DNA of 64,000 nt from Planctomycetota bacterium (GTDB lineage Bacteria; Planctomycetota; B15-G4; JADJEK01): positions 64,001 to 128,000 of the forward strand of contig JBGAIQ010000007.1 in assembly GCA_044225365.1 (NCBI GenBank). The letters run 5' to 3'. The position numbers and the translations under genes are program-made. Shown one piece after another: positions 27,776 to 37,414 of this stretch. Position 1 is the first letter of the stretch. Every line of letters begins with the position of its first letter. The notes beneath the pieces are model-generated. The model ran no database searches, was not told the origin of the DNA, and saw nothing but the letters and a program-made list of their open reading frames with translations.

Positions 27776-29344
27776 GTGACGCGATCCCGAAAGCGGACAG
27801 CAAGAGGCCCTTCGAGTCGTAAGGACGAGGACTCACGGGTCGCGGAGTCGCTGGCAGAGCGATTCCCAGCTCTGCTCATCGATTCGAGACGACGCATCAT
27901 CGCCGTGTCTGCGGCTGCCGTCCGCGTATTGGGAATCCGAGCCGATGCGTGCATCGGCAAATTCCTCGACGAAGTGCTCCCTCGCTGCGGAGCATCCCCT
28001 GACACGAACTCGGCCATTGCGCCAGGCCGGGGCGGTTCGCGGGGATCCAAATCGCTGCACGGAGAAGTGCGGCGACTCGGCGCTCTCGACGATCCGACGC
28101 ATCGGCAACTCGAACTCATCGACGTCCCACTCCCATCCGGTGGGCGTTGGCTCTACCTCGTCGATCGCACCGAGCAGGCACGCGCCCGCGCCGAATGCCT
28201 GCATCTTGGTCAACTCGCCTCGGCGGGACGGCTGATCTCGGGAATCGTTCACGAGATCAACAATCCGCTTTCCGGGATCATCGGTTACGTCCAGCTCCTT
28301 CTCCTGCGTGACCATGATCGTGACACTCGAAGTTCGCTCGAGAAGATCCAGTCGGAGGCCCTTCGTTCGAGTCGCATCGTGCGCAACCTCCTCGATTTCT
28401 CGCGCCGTCGCTCGTCGCACGAAGGTGCGGTCGACATCGGCGTGGTGGCCAAGAAAGCCCTCGAATTGAAGGCTCACGATCTTCGAGTCCACAACGTGAC
28501 CGTGCAGGTCGACATTCCGAGGAACGTCCCCAAGGTGGTCGGCGACGCGCATCCGCTGCTGCAAGTCTTCGTGAACTTGATCGCGAATGCCGAGCAGGCG
28601 ATGTACGAGTCCGATCGCGGTGGTCGCATCTCGATCCGCGCACGTCCCAGTAAACAGGACGTGACCATCACTCTCTCCGACACGGGCCCGGGCATTCCCC
28701 CACAACTCCGAGATCGAGTGTTCGATCCCTTCTTCACGACCAAACCCGAAGGGAAGGGCACCGGCCTCGGTCTCGGACTGTGCCGGGAGATCCTGCACCA
28801 CCACGGTGGTTCGATCCTGCTCTGCGAGAATTCCGAATCGGGCGCGACGTTCGCGATGCGCTTGCCCATCGCCGTGGAAACCAGCGCGGTCGAACGCGCC
28901 GCGAAGAAGCGTCGGCCGATCGTCGTGCGCGGGCACCGGTTGCTCGTCGTCGAGGACGATCCGATCTGTCGCGCCTTCGTGACCGAGGCGTTCGAGTCCA
29001 CCGGGAACGAAGTCCATGCGTTCGATCGCACCGAGGGAGCCCTGAAGTTCCTCCAGTCGCGGGCCGTCGACGCGATCATCTCCGACCTGCATCGACCTGG
29101 ACCGAATGGCCTCGAGTTCCACGGCGAGGTGACCAAGCTCGACGAGCAACTCGCAGCGCGAATCCTGTTCCTCACCGGTGACACGCTGAACCAGGAACTC
29201 ACGCGCATGCTCGCGCGCGCGGGGAATCTCGTACTGGCGAAGCCGGTAGAACTCGAAGATCTCCATCACGCCGTCGGGAAGCTCGTCAACACTCCTCCGA
29301 GGAAGACTCGGCCCAAGAACTCGCAGGCGCTTGGGAATTCGTGA
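27776..29344 (+). CDS. Hybrid histidine kinase (PAS-like, HisKA, HATPase, receiver)
   Basis: HEINNPL, NLIANA, DTGPGI, FDPFFTTK, GTGLGL; receiver LVVEDD..IISD..FLTG..AKP. Confidence 0.9.
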   Translation: MTRSRKRTARGPSSRKDEDSRVAESLAERFPALLIDSRRRIIAVSAAAVRVLGIRADACIGKFLDEVLPRCGASPDTNSAIAPGRGGSRGSKSLHGEVRRLGALDDPTHRQLELIDVPLPSGGRWLYLVDRTEQARARAECLHLGQLASAGRLISGIVHEINNPLSGIIGYVQLLLLRDHDRDTRSSLEKIQSEALRSSRIVRNLLDFSRRRSSHEGAVDIGVVAKKALELKAHDLRVHNVTVQVDIPRNVPKVVGDAHPLLQVFVNLIANAEQAMYESDRGGRISIRARPSKQDVTITLSDTGPGIPPQLRDRVFDPFFTTKPEGKGTGLGLGLCREILHHHGGSILLCENSESGATFAMRLPIAVETSAVERAAKKRRPIVVRGHRLLVVEDDPICRAFVTEAFESTGNEVHAFDRTEGALKFLQSRAVDAIISDLHRPGPNGLEFHGEVTKLDEQLAARILFLTGDTLNQELTRMLARAGNLVLAKPVELEDLHHAVGKLVNTPPRKTRPKNSQALGNS

Positions 29345-29354
29345 TCGTGACGCG

Positions 29355-29963
29355 GTGACGACGCCCTCGCTGAAGGACCTGCTCGCGACGATCCACCCGG
29401 TCGACCTCGCGGCGCTTGTCTTCATCGTGTGGCAGTCGATCTTCGGCGCCGTGCGCGGCTTCGCGTTCCAGTTCGTGCGACTGCTCGCTTGGGGCGGCGG
29501 GCTCGTTCTCGCTCGCACGTTCGGGTCCCAACTCGCAGAAGCGATCCTCGGCTTCGAGGTCGGATTGACCGCCGCCACCGCGTCCGTACTCGCGTGGTTC
29601 ACGATCATGTTCGCATCGTTGCTCGCGGGGCTCGTGATCCTGCGCCTGGTACGAACGCTGATCGAGAGCTGGAAGCTCGGCGGCATCGATCGAACACTGG
29701 GATTCGCGTTCGGCGCGCTGAAGGCGCTGCTGATCATCGTCGTCGCGATGATCCTCGCTTTCGCGATCGCTCGCCCGCTCGGCTTCGATTCCTACCTCGC
29801 GAGTTCCCGATGCGCGGAATGGTCGGGGACGATCGTCGATGCGACCGCACCCGCCCTCCCGGACGATCTCTCGAAGCAATTCCAGGAGTGGATCGCGGCG
29901 GCGAAGGCTCGCGCCACGGCCGCGAGCATCGTCGAGATCCCCGCAAGTCCGGCGCCGCGCTGA
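29355..29963 (+). CDS. cvpA: CvpA-family membrane protein
   Basis: VD..FGAVRGF, GGIDRTLGFAFGALKA, four TM helices. Confidence 0.8.
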   Translation: MTTPSLKDLLATIHPVDLAALVFIVWQSIFGAVRGFAFQFVRLLAWGGGLVLARTFGSQLAEAILGFEVGLTAATASVLAWFTIMFASLLAGLVILRLVRTLIESWKLGGIDRTLGFAFGALKALLIIVVAMILAFAIARPLGFDSYLASSRCAEWSGTIVDATAPALPDDLSKQFQEWIAAAKARATAASIVEIPASPAPR

Positions 29964-29977
29964 GCGCGGCGCTGCGA

Positions 29978-32284
29978 TCACTTCATCGCAGGTGGTTGCG
30001 CAAGCGGCGGAGGCGCCTCGTTCTCATGGATCGCATCGAGCTCCGCGAGCCACTCGTTCAGCAACGCCGTGAGTTCGGAGTTCTTCGCGGGGCTGTTCTT
30101 GATGAGCGCACGAAGCTGCTCGATCGCGTTCTCGACGTTGCCGCCCATGTGTTCGAGCCGTGCGCGCATCAAGCGGAACGCTCCATCGTCCTGCTCGTAG
30201 TGCTCGATCGCCCACTCGACGTACTCGCGAGCCGCGGTCGGATTCCGCGCGCTCGGGTCCTTCCCGCCGATCAATAGATCGCAGATCGTCGCGGTGAATC
30301 GCGGCTCGTCCTTGTACTTCTCGTGGAGGGCGAGGAGGCGTTCGAGACCTTCGTTCGTTCGACCCAAACCATCGAGTGCGCGAGCGAGACCGATCGTCAT
30401 ACCCTTCTCGATGCGAGCGTGCGACTTGATCCCGAGTTCCGCCACGTCGATCGCCTTCTCCCATTGCTCGAGACGCAGGTCGACGTCGAGCAAGCTCGAG
30501 AAGATCGCGGGCGGAGTCGACCCGCCCTTCTTGGCGAGGGTCTCCTCGAAATCCTCACGCATCTTGCCGTAGACCCCGCGAATCAACGGATCGCGAGGAT
30601 CGATGGGCGGACAGCTGGCGCGCGGTACGTAGGTCGTGCGCTTGAACGCGGGCGAGTGCTCCCGCGTGTGACAGCGTTCGCACTGCATCGCGGACGGCTG
30701 ATCGACCATCGTCGTCTCGCTGAGGATGTTCTGGACGTGATTGCTACCCGGCCCGTGGCAATTCTCGCACTGCACGTCCTCGAACCCCGCGACCCGATCC
30801 GGCCGGGCGAATCCGCCCGGGAGATTGAACGCCACGGTGTGGCAGGTGATGCACTCGAGGTCGTATTCGACCTTCGCATCGAGCATCGTCTGCCAGGCGT
30901 GACCGTGCTTCGTGTTCCGCCAGAATTCGGTCTGCGCCCGATGGCACTTGGCGCAGGCTTGCACTCCGACGAAGTGCGGCTTGCCGTCGATCACATCGAT
31001 CGATTTCGGGTGCGTCGTATCGTTCGGGTCGTACAGCTTCTTCAACTCCTCGCGATACTGCTTCACCAGGTCGGCGAGCGTCGGATCGTCCTTGATCTTG
31101 GAGTCGAGGAGCTTCGGTGTGTGAGTGAAGTGCGACTCCGTCTGAGGACTCGTCTGCGCCTTCCGTTCCTCGTTGTACTTCAGGTTCGCTCGCATCGTCA
31201 CCAACTTGCGCGCGTCATCCGGACTCGACGCTGCGATGCTCTCGGCGTCGTCCGTGCCATACTCCTTGACGATGGAATCGATCCTCGACTTCAACTCCAC
31301 GATGACGTCGTCGACGTTGTCGAGTCCCGAGTAGTCGGAGAACGAAAGGCTGCCGTTGCGAATCGCGAATTCGGCGATGCCGACGCTCGTGCCATTCATC
31401 GTCGAGCCGAGGGCCATGGTTCCCGTCGCCGAGTCGATCGTGAACGTCGCATGACTCGTCGCCGCGTGACGGCCCACGATGAAGTTGATTCCAGGCACCT
31501 GGGCCGGCAGATCCTGCGTCATCTTCGTCGGCAGGTGCGTCAGCGCGACGATGAGGTGTGCCTGGCCGAGCAACTCGGGCACGAGTTCCTGCGCCGTCTT
31601 GATCGGATCCTCGATCTTCACCGTCTTTCGATCGAATCGATCCTCGAGGATCACCGTGACCTTGTTGTTGGTGTTGACCAGAACCGAGCCCTGTTCGTTC
31701 GCCTCGCTGACCGTGGGATGCAGTTCCTGCGCGACGAGTCCGAACACCGCGACCTTGAGCCCGTCGAAGTCGAAGATCTTGTAGCGCTGGAACAGCGGCT
31801 TCCCGCTCTCGCGGTCGAAGACGTTCGCGACCACGATCGGGAGATTCGTTTCCTTCGCGACTTCGAGGAAGTAGTCGCCACCCGCGGCGAGGTCGATCTC
31901 CCCGAACACCATGGCATCGAGGCCCGTCTTCACGAAGGCCTGTGCGATCGCCTTCGCCTTGACCTTGGCCTGCGCCATGAAGAGTGGATCGGAGAACTTC
32001 CGGTCCTCGGAGAACAGTGCGTTGCCGGCGTCGAGAGAGAGTACGTGCTTGGTCTTCTTCCTCTCATCCTCCAGCGCGGTCATGCGCCGTGGAAATCCAC
32101 CTGTCGTGCGATTGCTGCACGTGCAAGGTTCGATGTTCCCGAGATCGTGCTCGGAGTGGATGATCGTGAAATCGACGTTCCCCGTGAACTTGGGAATGGC
32201 CGGGGGCGCTCGATTGCAAGCCGTCGCCGCAACGAGGAGGACGAGAACGAGGACGAACGGGGAACGTCCGGTGATTCCGTGCAT
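29978..32284 (-). CDS. Lipoprotein: 5'-nucleotidase-like domain, tetraheme cytochrome c554-like domain, TPR-like tail
   Basis: Lipobox ATAC; EPCTC..GGFPRR, LDAGN, VVANV; four CxxCH (CAKCH, CITCH, CENCH, CERCH). Confidence 0.85.
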   Translation of the reverse strand: MHGITGRSPFVLVLVLLVAATACNRAPPAIPKFTGNVDFTIIHSEHDLGNIEPCTCSNRTTGGFPRRMTALEDERKKTKHVLSLDAGNALFSEDRKFSDPLFMAQAKVKAKAIAQAFVKTGLDAMVFGEIDLAAGGDYFLEVAKETNLPIVVANVFDRESGKPLFQRYKIFDFDGLKVAVFGLVAQELHPTVSEANEQGSVLVNTNNKVTVILEDRFDRKTVKIEDPIKTAQELVPELLGQAHLIVALTHLPTKMTQDLPAQVPGINFIVGRHAATSHATFTIDSATGTMALGSTMNGTSVGIAEFAIRNGSLSFSDYSGLDNVDDVIVELKSRIDSIVKEYGTDDAESIAASSPDDARKLVTMRANLKYNEERKAQTSPQTESHFTHTPKLLDSKIKDDPTLADLVKQYREELKKLYDPNDTTHPKSIDVIDGKPHFVGVQACAKCHRAQTEFWRNTKHGHAWQTMLDAKVEYDLECITCHTVAFNLPGGFARPDRVAGFEDVQCENCHGPGSNHVQNILSETTMVDQPSAMQCERCHTREHSPAFKRTTYVPRASCPPIDPRDPLIRGVYGKMREDFEETLAKKGGSTPPAIFSSLLDVDLRLEQWEKAIDVAELGIKSHARIEKGMTIGLARALDGLGRTNEGLERLLALHEKYKDEPRFTATICDLLIGGKDPSARNPTAAREYVEWAIEHYEQDDGAFRLMRARLEHMGGNVENAIEQLRALIKNSPAKNSELTALLNEWLAELDAIHENEAPPPLAQPPAMK

Positions 32285-32430
32285 GGGCCATCGTGCGGCA
32301 AAGGGCCGCCGTTCGGGGTGTCGGGTGACTCAACATCGTACCGCCAACGCCACCTTCTTAAGGCGGGCCGTCATCGCAAAATGTCGCCGATCCCCCTTCG
32401 CCCTCGAACGTCCGAGCGAACGACGGAGCG

Positions 32431-33135
32431 TCACGCGGAGCGCGGAAAGGTCACACGAAGCAGGATCCCGTCCGCCCCGCTCTCGGAGGTGAAGCGAAGC
32501 TCCGCTCCGAATTGCGCGGCCAACGCGCCAGCGGCTGCGAGGAGCGATTGCATCGAGTGCAGGGCGTCGGGCAGGAGCGCCGCCATTCCGTCGAAATGCG
32601 CCAGCCATTCCGCGCGGCCGTCGATCGACGTCCCGACGACTCGCACTCGCGTCGGGTAGCAGTCGGCGATGCGCGCGGCTTCGAGCGGAGCTAGCGCGGC
32701 GAGGAGCAGGGTGAGCCGAGCGTGCGGAGCGTACTGACCGGGTAGCGACCGCAATCCGTCGCACTCGAACTCGAGGTGCGTACGCCGTCCGCGCAGGCGG
32801 ATCCGCAAGAGCGAGTCGAGGTGACGCATCTCGGTGGCGTAGTCCACCGGGCCTTCGGACGCGCGCTCGGCGAAGTAGTGCCGGAAGGCTTCGATGAGCG
32901 TGAGTCCGCGCTCGGCCGGCGGCTTGATCATCCGCTGGCCATCCGACCACGGAATCCCGAGCGCCGTGATCTGACTCAGTCCGTCGAGGACCGTGAGCAG
33001 ATTGGCGAACTCATGCACGACTCCGGAGCACAAGGCTCCTGCTGCGAGTCGCCGTCCTTGTTCGAGGAGTTCCTTTCCTCGAAGGCGGGGCGCGCTGATC
33101 TTTCGTCCGCGTGTGGCCTGCGCTGCGTTCGACAT
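32431..33135 (-). CDS. Histidine-kinase-like protein with H-box but no recognisable ATP-binding boxes
   Basis: SGVVHEFANLLTVLDG; no N, G1, F or G2 motifs seen; RBS GAAGG before ATG. Confidence 0.6.
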   Translation of the reverse strand: MSNAAQATRGRKISAPRLRGKELLEQGRRLAAGALCSGVVHEFANLLTVLDGLSQITALGIPWSDGQRMIKPPAERGLTLIEAFRHYFAERASEGPVDYATEMRHLDSLLRIRLRGRRTHLEFECDGLRSLPGQYAPHARLTLLLAALAPLEAARIADCYPTRVRVVGTSIDGRAEWLAHFDGMAALLPDALHSMQSLLAAAGALAAQFGAELRFTSESGADGILLRVTFPRSA

Positions 33136-33343
33136 CCTTCGCTCTCCTCGAAGGCAAACCGCGTTGGGGTGGCGTATCTGAGCGACCCGTGGATGGAATG
33201 TGGAGAGATTGTGAACGATTCTCCACAATTCGTTTGCCTGTCGCGTCTTTCGCAACGTCGACTGAAACACATTCCATTGTGGTTCGAACCGGAGCGCCCC
33301 CGAGGGATCGATCTCGACCCGAGAAACCGCGATCGGTCGTTCG

Positions 33344-33394
33344 AAAAAGGAATTCGGACGCGACCCCGAAGCACTCGAGATCGCGTCCGAATTC
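33344..33394 (-). terminator. Intrinsic terminator after tRNA-Val
   Basis: GAATTCGGACGCGA...TCGCGTCCGAATTC stem followed by CTTTTT on the minus strand. Confidence 0.85.
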
Positions 33395-33400
33395 GAAGTC

Positions 33401-33478
33401 TGGTGGGCCATGGTGGATTCGAACCACCGACTTCCACCGTGTGAGGATGGCACTCTAACCGGGCTGAGTTAATGGCCC
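33401..33478 (-). tRNA. tRNA-Val (CAC)
   Basis: GGGCCAT acceptor stem, anticodon loop CT-CAC-AC, GGTTCGAATCC, encoded CCA. Confidence 0.95.
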
Positions 33479-33542
33479 ATCTCGCAGCCTTCTTTCGAAA
33501 GCTTGGGAAAGCTTGGGAAAGCACGCGAGTGTCGACGTCTGC

Positions 33543-33630
<88 letters not shown>

Positions 33631-33716
33631 GCCGAAACGTCGGCAGCAATGTAGCGGTCGACTCCGTGGATGCCATCCCCCGCGGAGAAAACCCGCTGCG
33701 AATTCGTGGGAGTCGT

Positions 33717-34877
33717 TCAGTGCGTGACTTCGTCGATGGCGATCCCGCGCTCGACGACACGCTGGAAGAACGAATCGAGATCGAGCGCGCTCTCACCCGG
33801 AACGACGCCCGCGCGAGTACAACGCCCTCGCATCGCCTCGAGCAAAGCCACGCTCGCGGGATACGCCGTCGTCCGCGCCATCGCCGAGTGGCCCGTCCCC
33901 TTGTCGAGGCGGTCGATGATCTGATTGCGAAGAGTCACTCGTCTACCATCTCTCGATCCGTCCGCCTCGATGCGCACGAGAACGACATCGTCGACGGGAC
34001 CCGAGAGTCTCCGCTCGAGACAGGCTTCGAGGACCCGCCGCGGCGCTACGACCCCGCCGTCCACCGCGACCCTCTCCTCGTCGGCGAGCCCGAGGTCGAA
34101 GAGCAACTGGATCTTCGCAGCGTGACCCGGATACCGGATCGTCTTGTAGTCCATCGCCGGGATCCTGCCCTTCAGCGTCCGTGGCAAGGTCGAGAGGCCG
34201 CCCGACGTGTGAAAGCACTCGAGCCGATGGAACGGCGCGGGGAAATCGAGGGGTTCGATCTCGGACAACGCCGGCACGTGCTGGGCCACGCCATCGCGAA
34301 CGACGAGGCAGCTCTCCTTGTACTCGTTGATGAGTCCTTCGACCGAGAACACGAGACGATACTCGAGGGGTGCCGGACGATCGGAAGGAAGTCCACCGAC
34401 CCTCATGCGAAGCGCGGTGCATCGATCGAGCCGATTCGCAAGGCGAACCGCGAGCCACCCCGCCATGCCCGGTGCGAGCCCACAGTCCGGGATCACCGTG
34501 ACGTTCGCAGCCTTCGCCGCCGCGTCGAGTTCCAGTTGCTCCGCGACGACGTCGTTGTTGCCACCCAGATCGACGAAGTGGGCGCGCGCGGCGATCGCGG
34601 CGCGGGTCAGCCCCGTATTCAGCGAGTAGGAAGCCGCGGAGAAGACGCCCTGCGCGCCGGCCATCAGTGCCGCGATCGAAGTGCCGTCCTTCAGATCGCA
34701 GGCAACGGCCTTGGCCTTGCTCCCGATCTGCTTCGCGACTTGCGCCGCTCTTCCGTGCTCGCGGTCGACGATCAAGACTCGCGCGACGTCGCTCTGGGCC
34801 GCGAGATCGTACGCCGCAGCGGCCCCCATCCGTCCGGCCCCGAGGACGACGACCTTCATTCCCGTACGCGCGGTCAT
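33717..34877 (-). CDS. Saccharopine dehydrogenase / lysine 6-dehydrogenase family oxidoreductase
   Basis: VLGAGRMG, HFVDLGGN, PDCGLAPG, VGGLP, FSVEGLINEY, YKTIRYPGH, AMARTTAYP. Confidence 0.88.
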   Translation of the reverse strand: MTARTGMKVVVLGAGRMGAAAAYDLAAQSDVARVLIVDREHGRAAQVAKQIGSKAKAVACDLKDGTSIAALMAGAQGVFSAASYSLNTGLTRAAIAARAHFVDLGGNNDVVAEQLELDAAAKAANVTVIPDCGLAPGMAGWLAVRLANRLDRCTALRMRVGGLPSDRPAPLEYRLVFSVEGLINEYKESCLVVRDGVAQHVPALSEIEPLDFPAPFHRLECFHTSGGLSTLPRTLKGRIPAMDYKTIRYPGHAAKIQLLFDLGLADEERVAVDGGVVAPRRVLEACLERRLSGPVDDVVLVRIEADGSRDGRRVTLRNQIIDRLDKGTGHSAMARTTAYPASVALLEAMRGRCTRAGVVPGESALDLDSFFQRVVERGIAIDEVTH

Positions 34878-35905
34878 CGTGCGCTCCGGTCGAAGCTCGA
34901 TCGCTCGAGCGCAGACTCGACCCACTTCGCGCACTGATCGTGGAAGGGGATCCCTGCCGCGGCGAGCGCCTTCGGCACGAGCGACAGCGGCGACATGCCT
35001 GGCATGGTATTCACCTCGAGGAAGACGCACGATCCATCGGCTCGCACGATGAAGTCGGAACGTGAGACGCCCGAACAACCGAGCGCATCGTGGACGGCGT
35101 TCGCGGCTCGCGACACCGTCGCGGCAACCTCCGGAGGGACGGGTGCGGGGCAGATCTCGTCGCTGTGTCCCGCCGAGTACTTCGCTTCGTAGTCGAAGAA
35201 CGCGTGTCCCTTCGGAACGATCGCGATCAGCGGCAGAGCGCGGCTGTCGACACCGGCGTCCCCGATGATCGGACACGACACCTCGTTCCCAGCGACTCCA
35301 CTCTCTACGACCACGCGCCCCGCGGCGCGAGTGGCGGGATCGGGCCGCAGGGCGATCTCGATCGCACTCTCCAATTCCTTGCGATCCGTCACCCGCGTCA
35401 CCCCGACACTCGATCCGGAGCAAGCGGGCTTCACGAACAACGGGAACGTCAGCGCTTCCGCGGCCTTTGCGATGCGCTCGATCTCGGCTCGCGAGTGATC
35501 GGGGCCGCCTTCGACGCCGTCGGCGATCGAGAGGCCGAGCGATTTCGCCAGCCGACGCGAGAGCAGCTTGTCCATCGCCAACGCGGATGCGGCGACACCG
35601 CATCCGACGTACGGCATCCGAATCGCCTCGAGTGCACCCTGCAGGACCCCGTCCTCGCCAAAGGGACCATGCAGGACGGGGAACACGATGTCGGCGGAGC
35701 GCTTCACCGCGAGCAGTGCATCGAGGATATCCATTGGCGGCTTGCCGTCGATCGCCCATCGACCATCGCCCGCGATGACGACGTCGAGAACGGGAAAGCC
35801 CGCCTTGACGAGGCCGTCGCGAATGCTCCCGCCCGAGAGCAGGGAGATCTCGCGCTCACCGCTCGTGCCACCCCGCACCACCGCCACCATCGGCCGCGTC
35901 GCCAT
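34874..35905 (-). CDS. ddl: D-alanine--D-alanine ligase
   Basis: GGTSGEREISL, LHGPFGEDG, MDK, GSSVG, FDYEAKY, EVNTMPGM. Confidence 0.92.
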   Translation of the reverse strand: MATRPMVAVVRGGTSGEREISLLSGGSIRDGLVKAGFPVLDVVIAGDGRWAIDGKPPMDILDALLAVKRSADIVFPVLHGPFGEDGVLQGALEAIRMPYVGCGVAASALAMDKLLSRRLAKSLGLSIADGVEGGPDHSRAEIERIAKAAEALTFPLFVKPACSGSSVGVTRVTDRKELESAIEIALRPDPATRAAGRVVVESGVAGNEVSCPIIGDAGVDSRALPLIAIVPKGHAFFDYEAKYSAGHSDEICPAPVPPEVAATVSRAANAVHDALGCSGVSRSDFIVRADGSCVFLEVNTMPGMSPLSLVPKALAAAGIPFHDQCAKWVESALERSSFDRSAR

Positions 35906-35992
35906 GTTCTGCCCTCCCGACCTCATCGTTGCTCGATCGTTGCTTAGTCCATCACGAGGAATGCGCGCCGCCGCGCTCGCGCATTGCGTCCA

Positions 35993-37411
35993 TCACTCGA
36001 GCAGGAGTTGCTCGCGTTCCAGCTCGCTCTTGTCGCGAACTCGAGCGAGCAGATCGCTCGCATCGAGCGCAAAGGTGGGAGCGATCTCGATCGAACCGAC
36101 CTTGGCGCGAGGCACGACTCCGATCGAGTGGAGCCAGCGTCGAAAGAGCGCGTCGAGATCGGTGCGCGCAGTGTGCGGGGAGTCCTCGCCCGTCGCGTTC
36201 TTGATCGGAGAGAACTCCTCCGACCGCGCGGTTTCGAGCACGATCGCGCGCTCGGCGAGCGGCAGCGCGTCGAAGATGAACGTCTCGAACTTGACGCCGT
36301 TCTTGTCGCTCGGCTTGTTCAGGTGACCACTCGCATCGACATGCGGGATCGACTTGATTGCGCGATGATACGGCAGCTTCAATCCCCCGCGAGTCAGCTC
36401 CTTGATGAAGGGCAGGGCGAGGACGTGGATCGCGATGTTGCCGGCGCGGAACCGCAGGCGACCCGCGTCGTCGCGACTCTCCATCAGATCCTTCGGAAGA
36501 TCGCTGTATTCGATCACGCCGACTTGACCGCGATTGGCTGCGAAGACGCCGACCTTCTCGGCCGCGTCCCGCTTGCTGCACGCCTTGCTCGACATCTGCG
36601 AACCGGCGAGTCGATGATGCCCGAGGAAGACGGGATCGAGCACGCGGATCAACGGATTGTCGACCTGGAAGTAGAAGACCTCCTCGATCCCGCGCGATTC
36701 GAGTTCGGAGAGTACGCCGCGAACCGACAAGGCGGTGAGCGTTCCTCCGTGACCATCGGGGGCGAGCGCGAGCTTGTCGTGGGATTCGAGCAGGAGCCGC
36801 CCCTCGAAGTCGACGGCCGGCAGCATTCCCTGCCGGAACAGGATGACGTCGCCCTTCGGCAGGCCGAAGTACTCATGGCGCTCGAAGAACTCACGTGTTG
36901 CGGCATCGTTCGCTTCCGAGGTGAGGACGAGCAGCGGGATGGAAGCTCCATAGCGGCGGCGAGCCGCGAGGACCTTACCGGCATGCCAAGCGAAGAGGGA
37001 GCGACCCGATACGGGGCCGACTCCGAAGCAACCCTTCGGCCCGTCGTAGCCGAGGCGAGTGCCTTGCCCGCCCGCCACCACGAGCGCGGCCACCTTGCCA
37101 CGCCGTAGTAGCTCCTCGCCGACCTGGCGGGCGCGCGCCTCGAGCGATCCTCCCGCTCCGTTCGCGCCCTCGAGGGCGATCCAATCCGCGGGCGCAACGC
37201 CTTCGATCGGAAGGCCCGCGATCGGACGATTTTCCTTCATCTCGAGGACGAGGCGCTCGAGCAGGTCGAGGTCGACCGCTTCCACTTGCGCAAGCAGTGA
37301 ATCCTGTTGCGCGGGGTCGAGCCGATCGAAGAACCGCAGGACATGAGCCTGTCCACGCGGAGCGAGCCGAGCCAACTGATGCGCGTGACGCGCCGAAAGA
37401 TCCGAATTCAC
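35993..37411 (-). CDS. UDP-N-acetylglucosamine pyrophosphorylase, eukaryote-type (UDPGP type 1 family)
   Basis: AGGQGTRLG..PKG, PDGHGG, QVDNPL, EKVG, IEYSD, KFETFIFD, EFSPIKN. Confidence 0.9.
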   Translation of the reverse strand: MNSDLSARHAHQLARLAPRGQAHVLRFFDRLDPAQQDSLLAQVEAVDLDLLERLVLEMKENRPIAGLPIEGVAPADWIALEGANGAGGSLEARARQVGEELLRRGKVAALVVAGGQGTRLGYDGPKGCFGVGPVSGRSLFAWHAGKVLAARRRYGASIPLLVLTSEANDAATREFFERHEYFGLPKGDVILFRQGMLPAVDFEGRLLLESHDKLALAPDGHGGTLTALSVRGVLSELESRGIEEVFYFQVDNPLIRVLDPVFLGHHRLAGSQMSSKACSKRDAAEKVGVFAANRGQVGVIEYSDLPKDLMESRDDAGRLRFRAGNIAIHVLALPFIKELTRGGLKLPYHRAIKSIPHVDASGHLNKPSDKNGVKFETFIFDALPLAERAIVLETARSEEFSPIKNATGEDSPHTARTDLDALFRRWLHSIGVVPRAKVGSIEIAPTFALDASDLLARVRDKSELEREQLLLE

Positions 37412-37414
37412 GAA

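Noticed and set aside
32100-32140. Possible selenocysteine in the UshA-like CxC motif
   Set aside because: Both codons are TGC and the frame has no internal TGA.
33497-33522. Tandem GAAAGCTTGG repeat between the two tRNAs
   Set aside because: About 2.5 copies with no spacers; a slippage duplication, not a CRISPR array.
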